Part shown: piece after piece, positions 13,192-23,930 of the stretch
Position numbering within the stretch: position 1 is the stretch's first letter
How the letters are laid out: each line of letters starts with the position of its first letter
NCBI RefSeq assembly: GCF_006345805.1
Contig: NC_042999.1
Span: 163,494,001-163,558,000, forward strand
Origin: Octopus sinensis
Lineage: Eukaryota
Direction: 5' to 3'
DNA length: 64,000 bases
Notes under the pieces: generated by a model
Database searches by the model: none
Told to the model about the DNA's origin: nothing
The model's input: the letters and a program-made list of their open reading frames with translations, nothing else
Program-made: the position numbers and the translations under genes

Positions 13192-13578
13192 ATCCTATCT
13201 GTAATAGTGGTGGAAGTTGTAGTAGTATTCTGGTTAGAGTTAGTGGGATTGGTAGGGTTTCTGTTGTTGTCTGAAGTATAGGGTTCGATATTGGAGCTAT
13301 GTATATGTTCGGTGCTTGTGTATTCAGAGTTGTTACAATGTAGGTTTTGATAATAGAGAGATAGTTTTCGTTTATGATAGATCCAAAATTGAGTAGGATA
13401 GCTTCAAGGTAGATCTATTAAAGATAGAGTAATATTTATGTCAACGAGGAAAGTTGGAGTCCTGTATATTAAACAAGGATTTAGCTAAGTTTTTAATGTT
13501 CAGTGAGAAGTGGGGTGTATACCATAGAATAGAGCATCCACCACTTTTTTTGGTTGCTTAAAGGTAGTGCTATCTATA

Positions 13579-13808
13579 GGCGGCGAGCTGGCAGAAACGT
13601 TAGCACGCCGGGCGAAATGCGTAGCCGTATTTCGTCTGACGTTACGTTCAGAGTTCAAATTCTGCCGAGGTTGACTTTGCCTTTCATCCTTTTGGGGTTG
13701 ATAAATTAAGTACCAGTTACGCATTGGGGTCGATGTAATCGACTTAATACCTATGTCTGTCCTTGTTTGTCCCCTCTGTCTTTAGCCCCCTGTGGGTAAT
13801 AAAGAAAT
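13579..13808 (+). mobile_element. tRNA-derived SINE family B with 16-17-bp TSD
   Basis: GGCGGCGAGCTGGCAGAA head, GAGTTCAAATTC B box, TSD (A)GGTAGTGCTATCTATA. Confidence 0.9.
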
Positions 13809-14165
13809 AGGTAGTGCTATCTATATTTTTAGAAATTAGAGTGGGGTAATATGTCTCATTATTGTTAGCTGCGTTAGCTTTTGACCTAGTGTTATATGAG
13901 TGCATGTGGGGTCTAAGTTGTCTTAATCTGGGTTCTCCCGGGGTTCTAGTATAGTGTATGTGTGATCTGTTGTGATTCTGATGGCTGGCATGTTATTGTG
14001 ATATGATTTGAGATATATGTTGCTTGAGCCTAGTATTAGGGATGTATTTTATTTGTTGGGAGAAGCCGCAGGCAGAAAGTGCTTGGTTGTAATATGGGGT
14101 GTGGTTATTGATTATTTTATCAGTGGATGAGAGGTCAGACATACAAATTGAGATACCCTTAACTA

Positions 14166-15314
14166 CAGGGGGTGGACAAAATAATGGAAATGCCTAGCAT
14201 CATATCATAATTTTGAAATATCTATAAAACCATCAAAAGCTTGTTTATTCTTATGTTTTTTTATTTATTATTAGCGTTGCTTAATGTTTTGATAAAATTG
14301 ATGTTTCTTTTCAGATATCATCAGAAAAAGGTAAATTTAAATTCATTAAAATGACAGATCTATCAGACTTTCAAAGAGGTCAAATTGTTGGTGCTAGCAT
14401 AAAGAAAACAGCCAAAATGAAAGAAAACTCCGGAAGAAAACCAGAACTTTCAGATAGGGATCTTCAGTTTCTTACACGAGGTGTTAGAAAGGATCACAAA
14501 AGTACAGCTTCCAAAACTATTGCAGAAGTTAATGACCACCACAAGAACCCACTTTCCACAGAAACTGTTCACCGGGAGCTGCACAAAGCTGGATTTCATG
14601 GGAGGGTTACAATCAGAAAACCACTACTTTCAAAAACAAACGTTGCAAAGCGTTTAGAGTGGAATAAAAACCTACAAAATTGGTCTCTAGAGTAGTGGGA
14701 AAATGGTATTTTCTTTGATGAGTCATCCTTTACTTTATTTCCAACCAGCGGCCAAGTATACGTGTGGAGATAGCCAAAAGAAGCATCAGGCCAGAGTGCC
14801 TTCTTTCAACTGTTAAACATGGGGGAGAATCTGTGATGATCTGGGGGGGCTATATCTTGGAAATTCACTGGCCCAATGGTTTCCCATCATAGTAGAATTA
14901 ATAGTCAAGACTATTCAAGAATTTTATCTGATCAAATTCATACTATGGTTGTGGAACTGTTTCTGGAGGGAAACACAATCTTTCAGGATGTTAATGCACT
15001 AATTCACACAGCTAAAGTTGTTACTGAATGGCACAAGGAACATTATAGTGAAGTTGAACATCTTATCTGGCTACCACAATCCCCAGATCTCAATATTATT
15101 GAACATTTATGGTGCATTTTAGAAAAACAAGTAAAGAGTCAATATCCTCCACCATCATCACTACAAGAACTGGAGACTGTTTTAGCTGAAGAATGGACAA
15201 AAATTTCTTTGGAAACAATTCAAGCTGTAATTACTGCCAAAGGTGGTCCTACTCCATATTAAAATAAATTTGTTTGAAATTTTAAAGGATTTCCATTATT
15301 TTATCCAACTCTTG
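14166..15314 (+). mobile_element. Tc1-family DNA transposon with DD36E spacing, defective transposase 14351-15262
   Basis: TA flanks and ~25-bp TIRs (CAGGGGGTGGACAAAATAATGGAAA). FDES, FQDVNA (catalytic D mutated to V) and SPDLNIIE motifs, with 36 residues between the second D position and E. Has stops and a deletion. Confidence 0.9.
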
Positions 15315-15602
15315 TATATTATGCATGCATTTAGGTTTAAATACACAAGTATGTAGATCTCTATAATAATGCATACACACACACACACACATATATGTAC
15401 ATGTGTGCGTGCCTATATCTATATACACTTCTTTCTTTCTCTCTGATTCCTCTACCCACTCTATCACATTAGCTAGTAGAATAAACACATAAATCTATTT
15501 ATAGAAACTGGACCATTCTTAGTATTCTTCTGTTTTGTGATTTACTACTCACTTTAGAAACCCCTCCTCCTTTTCTGTACCCATCCCTTAATGCCATTCT
15601 AA

Positions 15603-16678
15603 TGTTACGGACCACCCGGTGCCGTCGCTCGGTCGATCAGCGAATCCTCGCCACGGAAACTCGGAGAGGAGAGGAGAGATACAATGACAACAGCAGCAGC
15701 ACAGAGATACAGAGGCAACCGAGAGAGACACAAAACGGCAAGGCAACAACTGGCTTACATTTAACACTAGTTTATGACAATCAATTGTTACACATCAAAT
15801 ACATTTAAAGGAAACAACAAATCAATACATCATACGGGTATACCACAGATCAAAGCATTTAAACATGCAGGTAACAATATAACAGTCCGGAGACAACAGT
15901 TCTATTTCACATCACTTCAACAGATAACGTTCACAGTTCTTTAAAGACTTTTTCTATTTTCTTTTGTAACATGTATCAACACAATTCTGAACATAAATAC
16001 CACAACTCGATAATCGACACATCGACAAGTCCTTGACTCAATTCACATTGTTCATTTCACTGTCTCATTTCTTTTCACTGTCTCTTTACATCGTGACACG
16101 TATCAATACATAATCAAATACCTTAATTCCTAATTGAATAGCCAGTGTCCCATATTGCACTTCATCTCTCTCTGTACCGCCAACTCCAGCTTGCCAAGCT
16201 CCTGAATCCCAAACGCTTGCTCCTAAGGTTCCAACTACTCGCTTTGACGACCAAAATCCGACTGTCCTCTTTGACGACCGAATACCAACTGTCTCTCTAT
16301 CACTACCCCTCAATCTGTCTCTACTGCTCATACCCTCTCCATCTGCTCTCAGCCCTAACTGCCTATCTCTATCCTCAATCTGTCTCTTAGCCTTATACTC
16401 TCTCTATCCCGCCTGGTCCTAATGTCCCTATCTTTATCGGCGCTGCTGCTGTCATCCTCTCTATCTGCTCTCAGATTCCTTACTCTATCTCCCTCACGAC
16501 TTTCCTCTTCCTCGGCCCTCACATCTCTCTAACCCCCAATCGACCGCACAAGGCCAAAAGGTCCCTCCAAAAAGCCATTACTCTTCCAGTAAACAAAGGG
16601 CTGTTGCTTTTCTTCCAGACGTGTCGGCGCCACTCCCAAAAGTGGGTCAAGAAATACTGCACTAGCCAAACCATAACA
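15603..16678. mobile_element. Solo LTR (1076 bp)
   Basis: TGTTACGG...CCATAACA termini, 4-bp TSD CTAA on both sides, and the empty site is seen in the paralogue at about 11415. Confidence 0.85.
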
Positions 16679-17224
16679 CTAACATATCACCCCACCTCAT
16701 ACATATTCATTACTTACATTCTTATCTCTCCCTACCCCTCCCTCGTCCTCTCCCACACCCCTCTCATAATATCATGACCACCAACTCACACTCCTTTTTT
16801 CACTTTCTCTTCCTCTTCCTTTTCTCACTTTTTCATTTGACCTCTCTCTTCATTTTAATATACCCATCTCTTCTCCCATCTCTATCCACTTAATACTGCC
16901 ACTACATTCTCAAAATTTAATTCACACCACAAGACCCCATTTGAATGAACAGCACATGGAATCTATATTTCCACGCTTTCCATTTGTGATGACAAAATAT
17001 GAACTATTGGAATTTACATACCATGGACAGGAAGCATTTCTATCACTTCTATACACCACTTTCCTTGGTTCATGGAACTGCAACTATAACATCTTCATAT
17101 ATTTTTATTTTTATTCCTACATTCATTCTCCTATTTCCCTACACACTCCTTATTTGCTTCCTTTTCCAAAACAATTCCTCATATTGAACTCTAATATTTC
17201 CCTCTATTTAACCATCTCACATCA

Positions 17225-17270
17225 TCTCTGGTGAAGGGATATCCCTAATAACCCAGAAACAGCTGTAAGA
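17225..17270 (+). ncRNA. Degenerate hammerhead motif
   Basis: TCT-CTGGTGA-AGGGATATCCCT...GAAAC-AGCTGT-A-AGA: palindromic ACAGCTGT stem III and GUA triplet, but an A6G change in the core. Confidence 0.55.
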
Positions 17271-17491
17271 CTAACTTTCTCTTTATAAATGTCCTGAAAA
17301 TTCCTCACAGCCTTTTCTCGTTTTATTTAACATATACATGCTCATACAAGATCCACATTAGACTCCTCACTTGTATCATTATCGAACCAAGAGTTTAACT
17401 ACGGTCCTTCCATAGCACATACATAGCGTTACCCGCCACCTTGGGTCTTCTGGATACCTCTCATACATATATATATATATATATATATACA

Positions 17492-18674
17492 CTAGCAGTA
17501 TAGCCCAGCTTTGCTTGGGATTAAGTTTGGATTATTAAGCTAATCAACCTCTTTATTTCAAACCAAACTAAGTAACATTGGCATTAAATTTGAGCGAAAT
17601 CCGTTGAAATTGGTGAACTTTTGGTTGAAAATGAGTTGCAGACAATTTGATTGGGAAATCCCATAAGGAATCGGTTTATCGATTTTTTCTACTCAGCAAT
17701 TGTTTCTTTTTTTTTCGTTTTTGGAGAACTTAAAGCATTCAAAGATCCCATGAGTTGTAAGTAATGCTGGCATCAAGTTTGAACAAAATACATCAAAATT
17801 GGTAAAAGTTATGGTTGAAAATGGGGTGTAGCCAATTTTATTGGGAAATCCTATAAGGAATCAGTTTATCAATTTTTCTTTTATCCTGATTAAATGGAAA
17901 ACCCCATAAGGAATCAGTTTATTGATTTTTCACCCCAAATAGGACTTAACTGAACACAACATTGCTGATTCAAAAACATCTATATTTATACTTTAAAGTT
18001 GGTTTTCATACCCAACCCAGTTCTGCAGAATCAGTGTCGTGATGGGAGCACATGGGTTGGGAGTTTGATCGGCAGAGGTGATCAGGTTGCATATGCCAAC
18101 CCTTTTGAAAACACCACCCCCATCATGTAACCCCCCCTTTGCCCATGGGTTGGGAACCCTTCCAGCAAGGAAAATAGAACACCCAAAAGGGCCCCCGATC
18201 CTCTATGTGAGAAGCGGTTATGTTCAGATCACAACTAAGTATATATATATGGGCAACACACACACATACACACAAACATATATGTACATACACCTATTGC
18301 ATACATGTTTTTTGTACGCCCTTGCCCCTGTCCCACCACCACCCCCTACCCAAGTAATACCATCAATTGAAGCAAATTTGGCACTCAGACGTAAGTTTTG
18401 TAAGAGGAATAGAGAGGGCTACCTTCCCCCACAGAGATGTGAGAGTCAGATCTCTCCTTTCGAAAACACAAACAGTTTTGAAACATTTTTTACAAAATAA
18501 TAGCTGATCATTTGTGAAGGAGCATGTCTACAGTCAACACTTGGGGTTCTTGTTCTGGTAACTTCTGCTCTCTCCCATATTCATGCACGACCAGCTATTT
18601 GTCACTATGAGTAGAGCAATGGATTCAGCTAATTTGGAAATAAGTTGTGGAGAAACGGAGAATATTGCTTATAA

Positions 18675-18722
<48 letters not shown>

Positions 18723-19532
18723 TTGGTGAATTGAAGAAATGGAGCTGAACGAAGATTGAACAGAAATCGTTTTATTTCATTCTACACGTGTTTCGAAAGG
18801 CACAATTTACCAAAATCCGATTGAATAATGAGACCATATTGTGTCTTTCTCTTCTGTTCAATCTTCGTTCAGCTCCATTTCTTCAATTCACCAATAATAT
18901 TAAAATTCAATTATCCGCACAACGCACGGTTGCAACACCATATGGTTGTACCTCCAACCGTGCTGTCTTCTGCTGTGATTTTTGCTACCAAGGTATCGGT
19001 TAAACTTTTGATTAATCTGCTACAAGATTATTCATCTTTCTATTTCACATAATATATATATATATATATATATACGGGCAACACACACACACATTGCATA
19101 CATGTGTTTTATACGCATACATGTTCGTGTGTATGTATGTGTGTATGACTGAAGCCATTCACACATACATACATAACAACTGTCTGTCTGTTTTTGCCTG
19201 TCAATCACTCACTAAAAAGATGAAATTTAAAAAATTTCTCTCTCTCTCTCTCTCTTTCTCCCTCTCTTTACACCATCGCCAAAAGGGGACTTAACTCATA
19301 TTTACAAATGATGGTGTATTTCTCCAATTTGAAAATTGTTAGAAGTTATGGTTCAAAATTATTTTTACCACTATTCGCTGGTGCGTTGGGGAAAATTAAT
19401 TTGATGAAAATACAGCTAGGATCGTGACAAATGTCCTCCTAAAATTTGAGTAACATGCGTGCTAATTTGTGGATGTGCATAGACTACATTCACGTACACA
19501 CACACACACATCCTGCTTTTTATATATACAGA
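17492..19532 (-). mobile_element. Non-autonomous Helitron, family H2
   Basis: Minus strand A|TCTGTATATATAAAAAG ... CCCAAGCAAAGCTGGGCTATACTGCTAG|T, the same 3' end as H1. Confidence 0.8.
18715..18902. repeat. Perfect ~50-bp inverted repeat inside Helitron H2
   Basis: 18715-18765 is the exact reverse complement of 18852-18902. Confidence 0.9.
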
Positions 19533-20025
19533 TATATATATATATCAATTGCTGTTAGGGTCACAGTATTTTGTTTTGCAACCATAGTATACTACCAAGT
19601 ATATTACAGTTTTATAAGTTAATACTGGTCCTATTTTGTGTTAGCAGTGCATTGTTTTATTTAAGTATAACTCTACAGATTTTCTATAGTGCAAGTACTG
19701 AAATGTAATAACTTTCAGTGCTGGCTCAAAATTCTATAAAAAATCTGTAGAGATAAACTTAAAATATGTATGTATATATGGAAGTATGGATGGATGCATG
19801 CATGTATATAGGCACAGGTGTAGCAGTATGGAGGAGCAGACACGGCTACTTGGAGGTGCTGGCATGGCTGTTGTGGTAAGACGTTTGCTTTCCAAACACA
19901 TGGTTCCTGGTTCACACACACATCTCAAAAATGGGACAGTCACATAGGGCAATTCAGAGCATCCAAACAAATCGCCAATTTCTCTTCAAAAAGTAATGAT
20001 GATAACATTGCAGAATCTTGCTTAC

Positions 20026-20061
20026 CCATTTATTTATTAGGGACTTCCTTTCTTCAAATAA
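20026..20061 (-). CDS. FBXO16: FBXO16 second coding exon, 36 nt (LFEERKSLINKW)
   Basis: Acceptor T11-AG (plus 20062-20074) and donor GTAAGC (20025-20020). Phase 0 on both sides, in frame with exon 1. I did not find the next exon (FDKWTD...) in the window. Confidence 0.8.
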
Positions 20062-20704
20062 CTAAAAAAAAAAAGTTTAAAAATATTCAAATCACACATG
20101 AATTTTTAATATACATGATCAACAAAATATAATTTATCTAAAGAATACAAAAAACTACAATTCTGTAATTCATAACAAAATACATTAAATGAAAGAAGTA
20201 ATGTGCCAGTGATACAATAAAAGGCATCCAGTTCATGCTGTTAGGAGGTTGATGATAGCAAGGGCTACCAGCTGTAAAAACTATGTAAAAATAAAGAATG
20301 AACAGAGCAGAAGTGGACTTTACAAGTCCTGTACAAACAACCTAAAAAATGCAAACAATGATAATAGAGAAGGAAAAGTATATGTTAAGTTCTAAGAGAT
20401 ATTGCAAGTCAATAAAAAAAGCTAGATGAGTTAATAAGATGACAGAATCTTAAACACTGTATTGTATGCTTCACTCATGACTCAGTCTCCTTAGATATGC
20501 TGCAGAACACATACCATGCAACAAAGATTGTTTTTAAGCTACAGTTCCAGGGATCATAGACTTATGAGTATAAATGTTCCAGCTAAGACCATTCTACTTT
20601 TTAGAGTTTATTTTAGGATTTATATCATTAACTTTCAGAACATGAGATTAAAATAGAACAAAATTACAGATGTTGTAGTCTCTCAGCAATTCAGGAAGGC
20701 CATA

Positions 20705-21364
20705 TCTTTATATATAAAAGTGAGGTTGTGTGCTGTCTGTCTCCTACAATTTAGATTCTAACTACTCCCACATTTTGCGGTGCGGTTTAACCATAGTCGT
20801 GATTCATGTTGTAGTCTCTCAGCAATTCAGGAAGGCCATATCTTTATATATAAAAGTGAGGTTGTGTGCTGTCTGTCTCCTACAATTTAGATTCCTAACT
20901 ACTCCCACATTTTGCGGTGCAGTTTAACCATAGTCGTGATTCATGTTGTAGTCTCTCAGCAATTCAGGAAGGCCATAGCTTTATATATAAAAGTGAGGTT
21001 GTGTGCTGTCTGTCTCCTACGATTTAGATTCCTAACTACTCCCACATTTTGCGGTGCAGTTTAACCAAAACCGGGTATCTTATAGTCGTGATTCATATCG
21101 AGCCCTTCTGGGTATTAGCGCGCGTCTACGATGAGTCTACGATTTAAAAAAAAATTACCATCAATTTTTCACATTTTTTAATGCATTTTTGGCATATATA
21201 AGGGAAGTAACTCTCTAAAAATTCATTATTAAATCTCAGAACGTAAAAAGCTACAGTAACACCCCCCCCTTTGTGGTTAGCCATATTGAGATCTTTACAT
21301 CTCTAAAAATGCTTATATAGTTATTTCCCTTACAAACCCGAGCAACACCGGGCGATACTGCTAG
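20705..21364 (+). mobile_element. Non-autonomous Helitron H1 with triplicated 5' junction
   Basis: Same termini as 9448-9842. About 137-bp units start at 20670, 20806 and 20943. Confidence 0.85.
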
Positions 21365-21889
21365 TTGTAATATAATTTTTTAGTGCTACTTATTCTAGCA
21401 ATGGCTGTCTGATCAATCAACCACATATAAAATCTCCTCTAATATTATCTAATTATATATGTCATTATATTACAATATAACTTGGAATTAGAATAATATA
21501 ACCTCTCCACCTTTCTTTTATGAAAGAAGGTGCATGCACAAAATATTTCTTTTTTCCTTTGACTTTAACTGTTTTGCTGAACTACATTTAGTGTGCATAA
21601 AGTAAATACAAGAGCTGTTTCAAAGTGTAATATCTTTCATGCATTTTAAAGAATATAATAAATCTGCTTGAAGTCACAAAAACCCCTTCTAGTGCTTTAA
21701 TGGAAATTTAGATGAAAGCTACCAGGTCTGGGAAAACAATATGACTTTTATTCACAGGAGTCACAGAAAAAATGAGGTGATTCAAGTTGCAACATATCTT
21801 CACATTGCTGGGATTTAACTATTTTGAATTTGTAAACCCAGATGATAATGACAAAATTACCACCATTTAAATGAAGTTCAGAGAGTACT

Positions 21890-22523
21890 CATTATTAAAT
21901 CTCAGAGCGAGATGTAAATAGTAACTGCTCAACAAGGTAAAGTATAAAAGCCATCTCAATATGGCTAACCACAAAGTGGGGGTGTTACTGTAGCTTTTAG
22001 CCCCAGGAGATCGACATCTCCAGCTGGCTTTAGACACACTTTCTGTGCCCTTCAGGTATTTGCAAAGGGAAGCCATCCCTTCTTCGTAAGCCTTAGTGAT
22101 ACGCACCGGACCGCGGTTTCGAGATTATTGTCTCTTATCAACGGGCGGTAACCACCAGGTCACGATGAAAGGCAAGGCTTGCTTTGCAAATATACTGAGA
22201 TTTAATAATGCTTACAGTCAGTTTTTCAAAATCAGTGGCAGACGTCACTAGAAAAACTCTTATGTATTTGCAAAGCAAGCCTTGCCTTTCATCGTGACCT
22301 GGTGGTTACCGCCCGTTGATAAGAGACAATAATCTCGAAACCGCGGTCCGGTGATATCACTAAGGCTTACGAAGAAGGGATGGCTTCCCTTTGCAATACC
22401 TGAAGGGCACAGAAAGTGTGTCTAAAGCCAGCTGGAGACGTCGATCTCCTGGGGCTAAAAGCTACAGTAACACCCCCACTTTGTGGTTAGCCATATTGAG
22501 ATGGCTTTTATACTTTACGTTCT
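21890..22523. mobile_element. Foldback element with ~255-bp near-perfect inverted arms
   Basis: Arms 21937-22192 and 22265-22518 with a 72-bp spacer. GAGAGTACT flanks at 21881-21889 and 22524-22532. Confidence 0.85.
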
Positions 22524-23324
22524 GAGAGTACTGTTGCCCTAAAAAGAAACATTACATATAGCCACTATCAAGGAGAAATTAGTAGAAATTTCACTTATTT
22601 CTGACATTAAGTTGAAAGCTAAATACTATGAATTTGGAAATTTACAGGACTGTTTAATCAGAGATAGAATCATATGTGAATACAAAACAAAGATATTTGA
22701 GAGCTACTGCTTCAGGACACAAAATTACCATTTGAAAACTATTGGTAAAGTATCTGAGTAGCCCATCATTGCTGGGCAATTTTCACAAGAGAATGCCTTT
22801 ATGTAAATTTTTTTATTCCATGTTAGACCATGTCTTTCCCAATGGATAGGCCCCTTGATCAGGACAGATTTGCACAATTTTTCACCAAAAATTCAACTGA
22901 GGGCTTTTCCTTTTTAAATTATTTAAATGCTTGTCCAACTGTCTCACATGACTTTATTCATTAATATTTTTCTACAATTTTTCTGGAACAAATAAATAAA
23001 TGGATTCAGTGTGAAAAATTACATCACTCTACCAAATTTGAAAATTTTCACTTGATTTCAAAATTTCAAAACCTGTGATAGCAACAGAAACGGCTCAAAA
23101 AAGGTCGATAGACAGACAAGACACAACATGCACACACATATACAAACAAATACCCATGTTATATAGTAGGCATCTATGTGTGTTTCTTTGTGAGGGACAG
23201 TAGAAACACTGCATGTGACCAACTGTCGTCAACTTACTAGCCCCAACTCTCTCCTTAAAGCAACATATTCCTTACACCCACCTTCCCTTCTTTTCCTCAG
23301 CATTTTAAAAGTTATTTTTTCAAA

Positions 23325-23930
23325 CAACATAACAAACCAACAGAGAAATGAGACAGGCACCATAAAGAACATTTCCCTTCATCAGTTGTCCCGTTAAATC
23401 TACTCTGCGTTTCTATCTATCTCCCTCCCTTGTTCTTCTTCCTTTGTTTTTCTCTCCAACCCTTTCCCTATTCCCCTCCACTCCCATTCATTGTTCCCTC
23501 TCTCTTTCTTGTTGAGTCTCTTGTTGGTGACACATAACGAAAGGCGATCTATCTTTCCTTCTTCTACTTCCTTCCTAAAGAGAAGAGGTGCTTTTACCTG
23601 TCTCTTCTCAGAGCTCATCGTTCTAATGTTCATAATCTTTACATCGTTTTGGCTTAAGAGCCCTCAGCGTTTGTTTCTAGTGTCTTGATTTTGTTACCAA
23701 TGTCACCCACTGCAAAAAATCCCAAATTTTATTTGCTTTGCGGGAAGGACTGTTTTAACGAAGTCACATCTTGTCCTTACCTTCGAAATGAGGAGTAGAT
23801 GAAACAGGCGACAACTGATGAAGGGGAATGTTCTTTATGTTGCCTGTCTTGTTTCTCTTTTATCGTTGTTCGAAAAAACATTCATTTTCTATGTTTTTGT
23901 TTTTATGGTTTTTGTTTCTCATTCCTTCCT
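23325..23930 (+). mobile_element. Family E interspersed repeat (Penelope-terminus-like) with an inverted partial copy at its 5' side
   Basis: Paralogues at 31820-32210 (plus), 34040-34720 (minus) and 34800-35070 (minus). 23325-23400 is an inverted copy of about 23800-23870. Classification is inference. Confidence 0.6.

Larger units (their letters stand above)
12130..14150 (-). mobile_element. Penelope-like relic (Naiad-type thumb plus GIY-YIG) interrupted by two SINEs
   Basis: LSSTDKIINNHTPYYNQAL, ILWYTPHFS..IFNRSTLKLSYS, CHC..CPL..C/VIY..YMG and CRLCLKE motifs. Confidence 0.85.
15500..17330 (+). mobile_element. Penelope-like terminal region split by a solo LTR
   Basis: Sequence either side of the LTR is collinear with the reverse complement of about 11140-11445. 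Hammerhead motif at 17225-17270. Confidence 0.55.
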
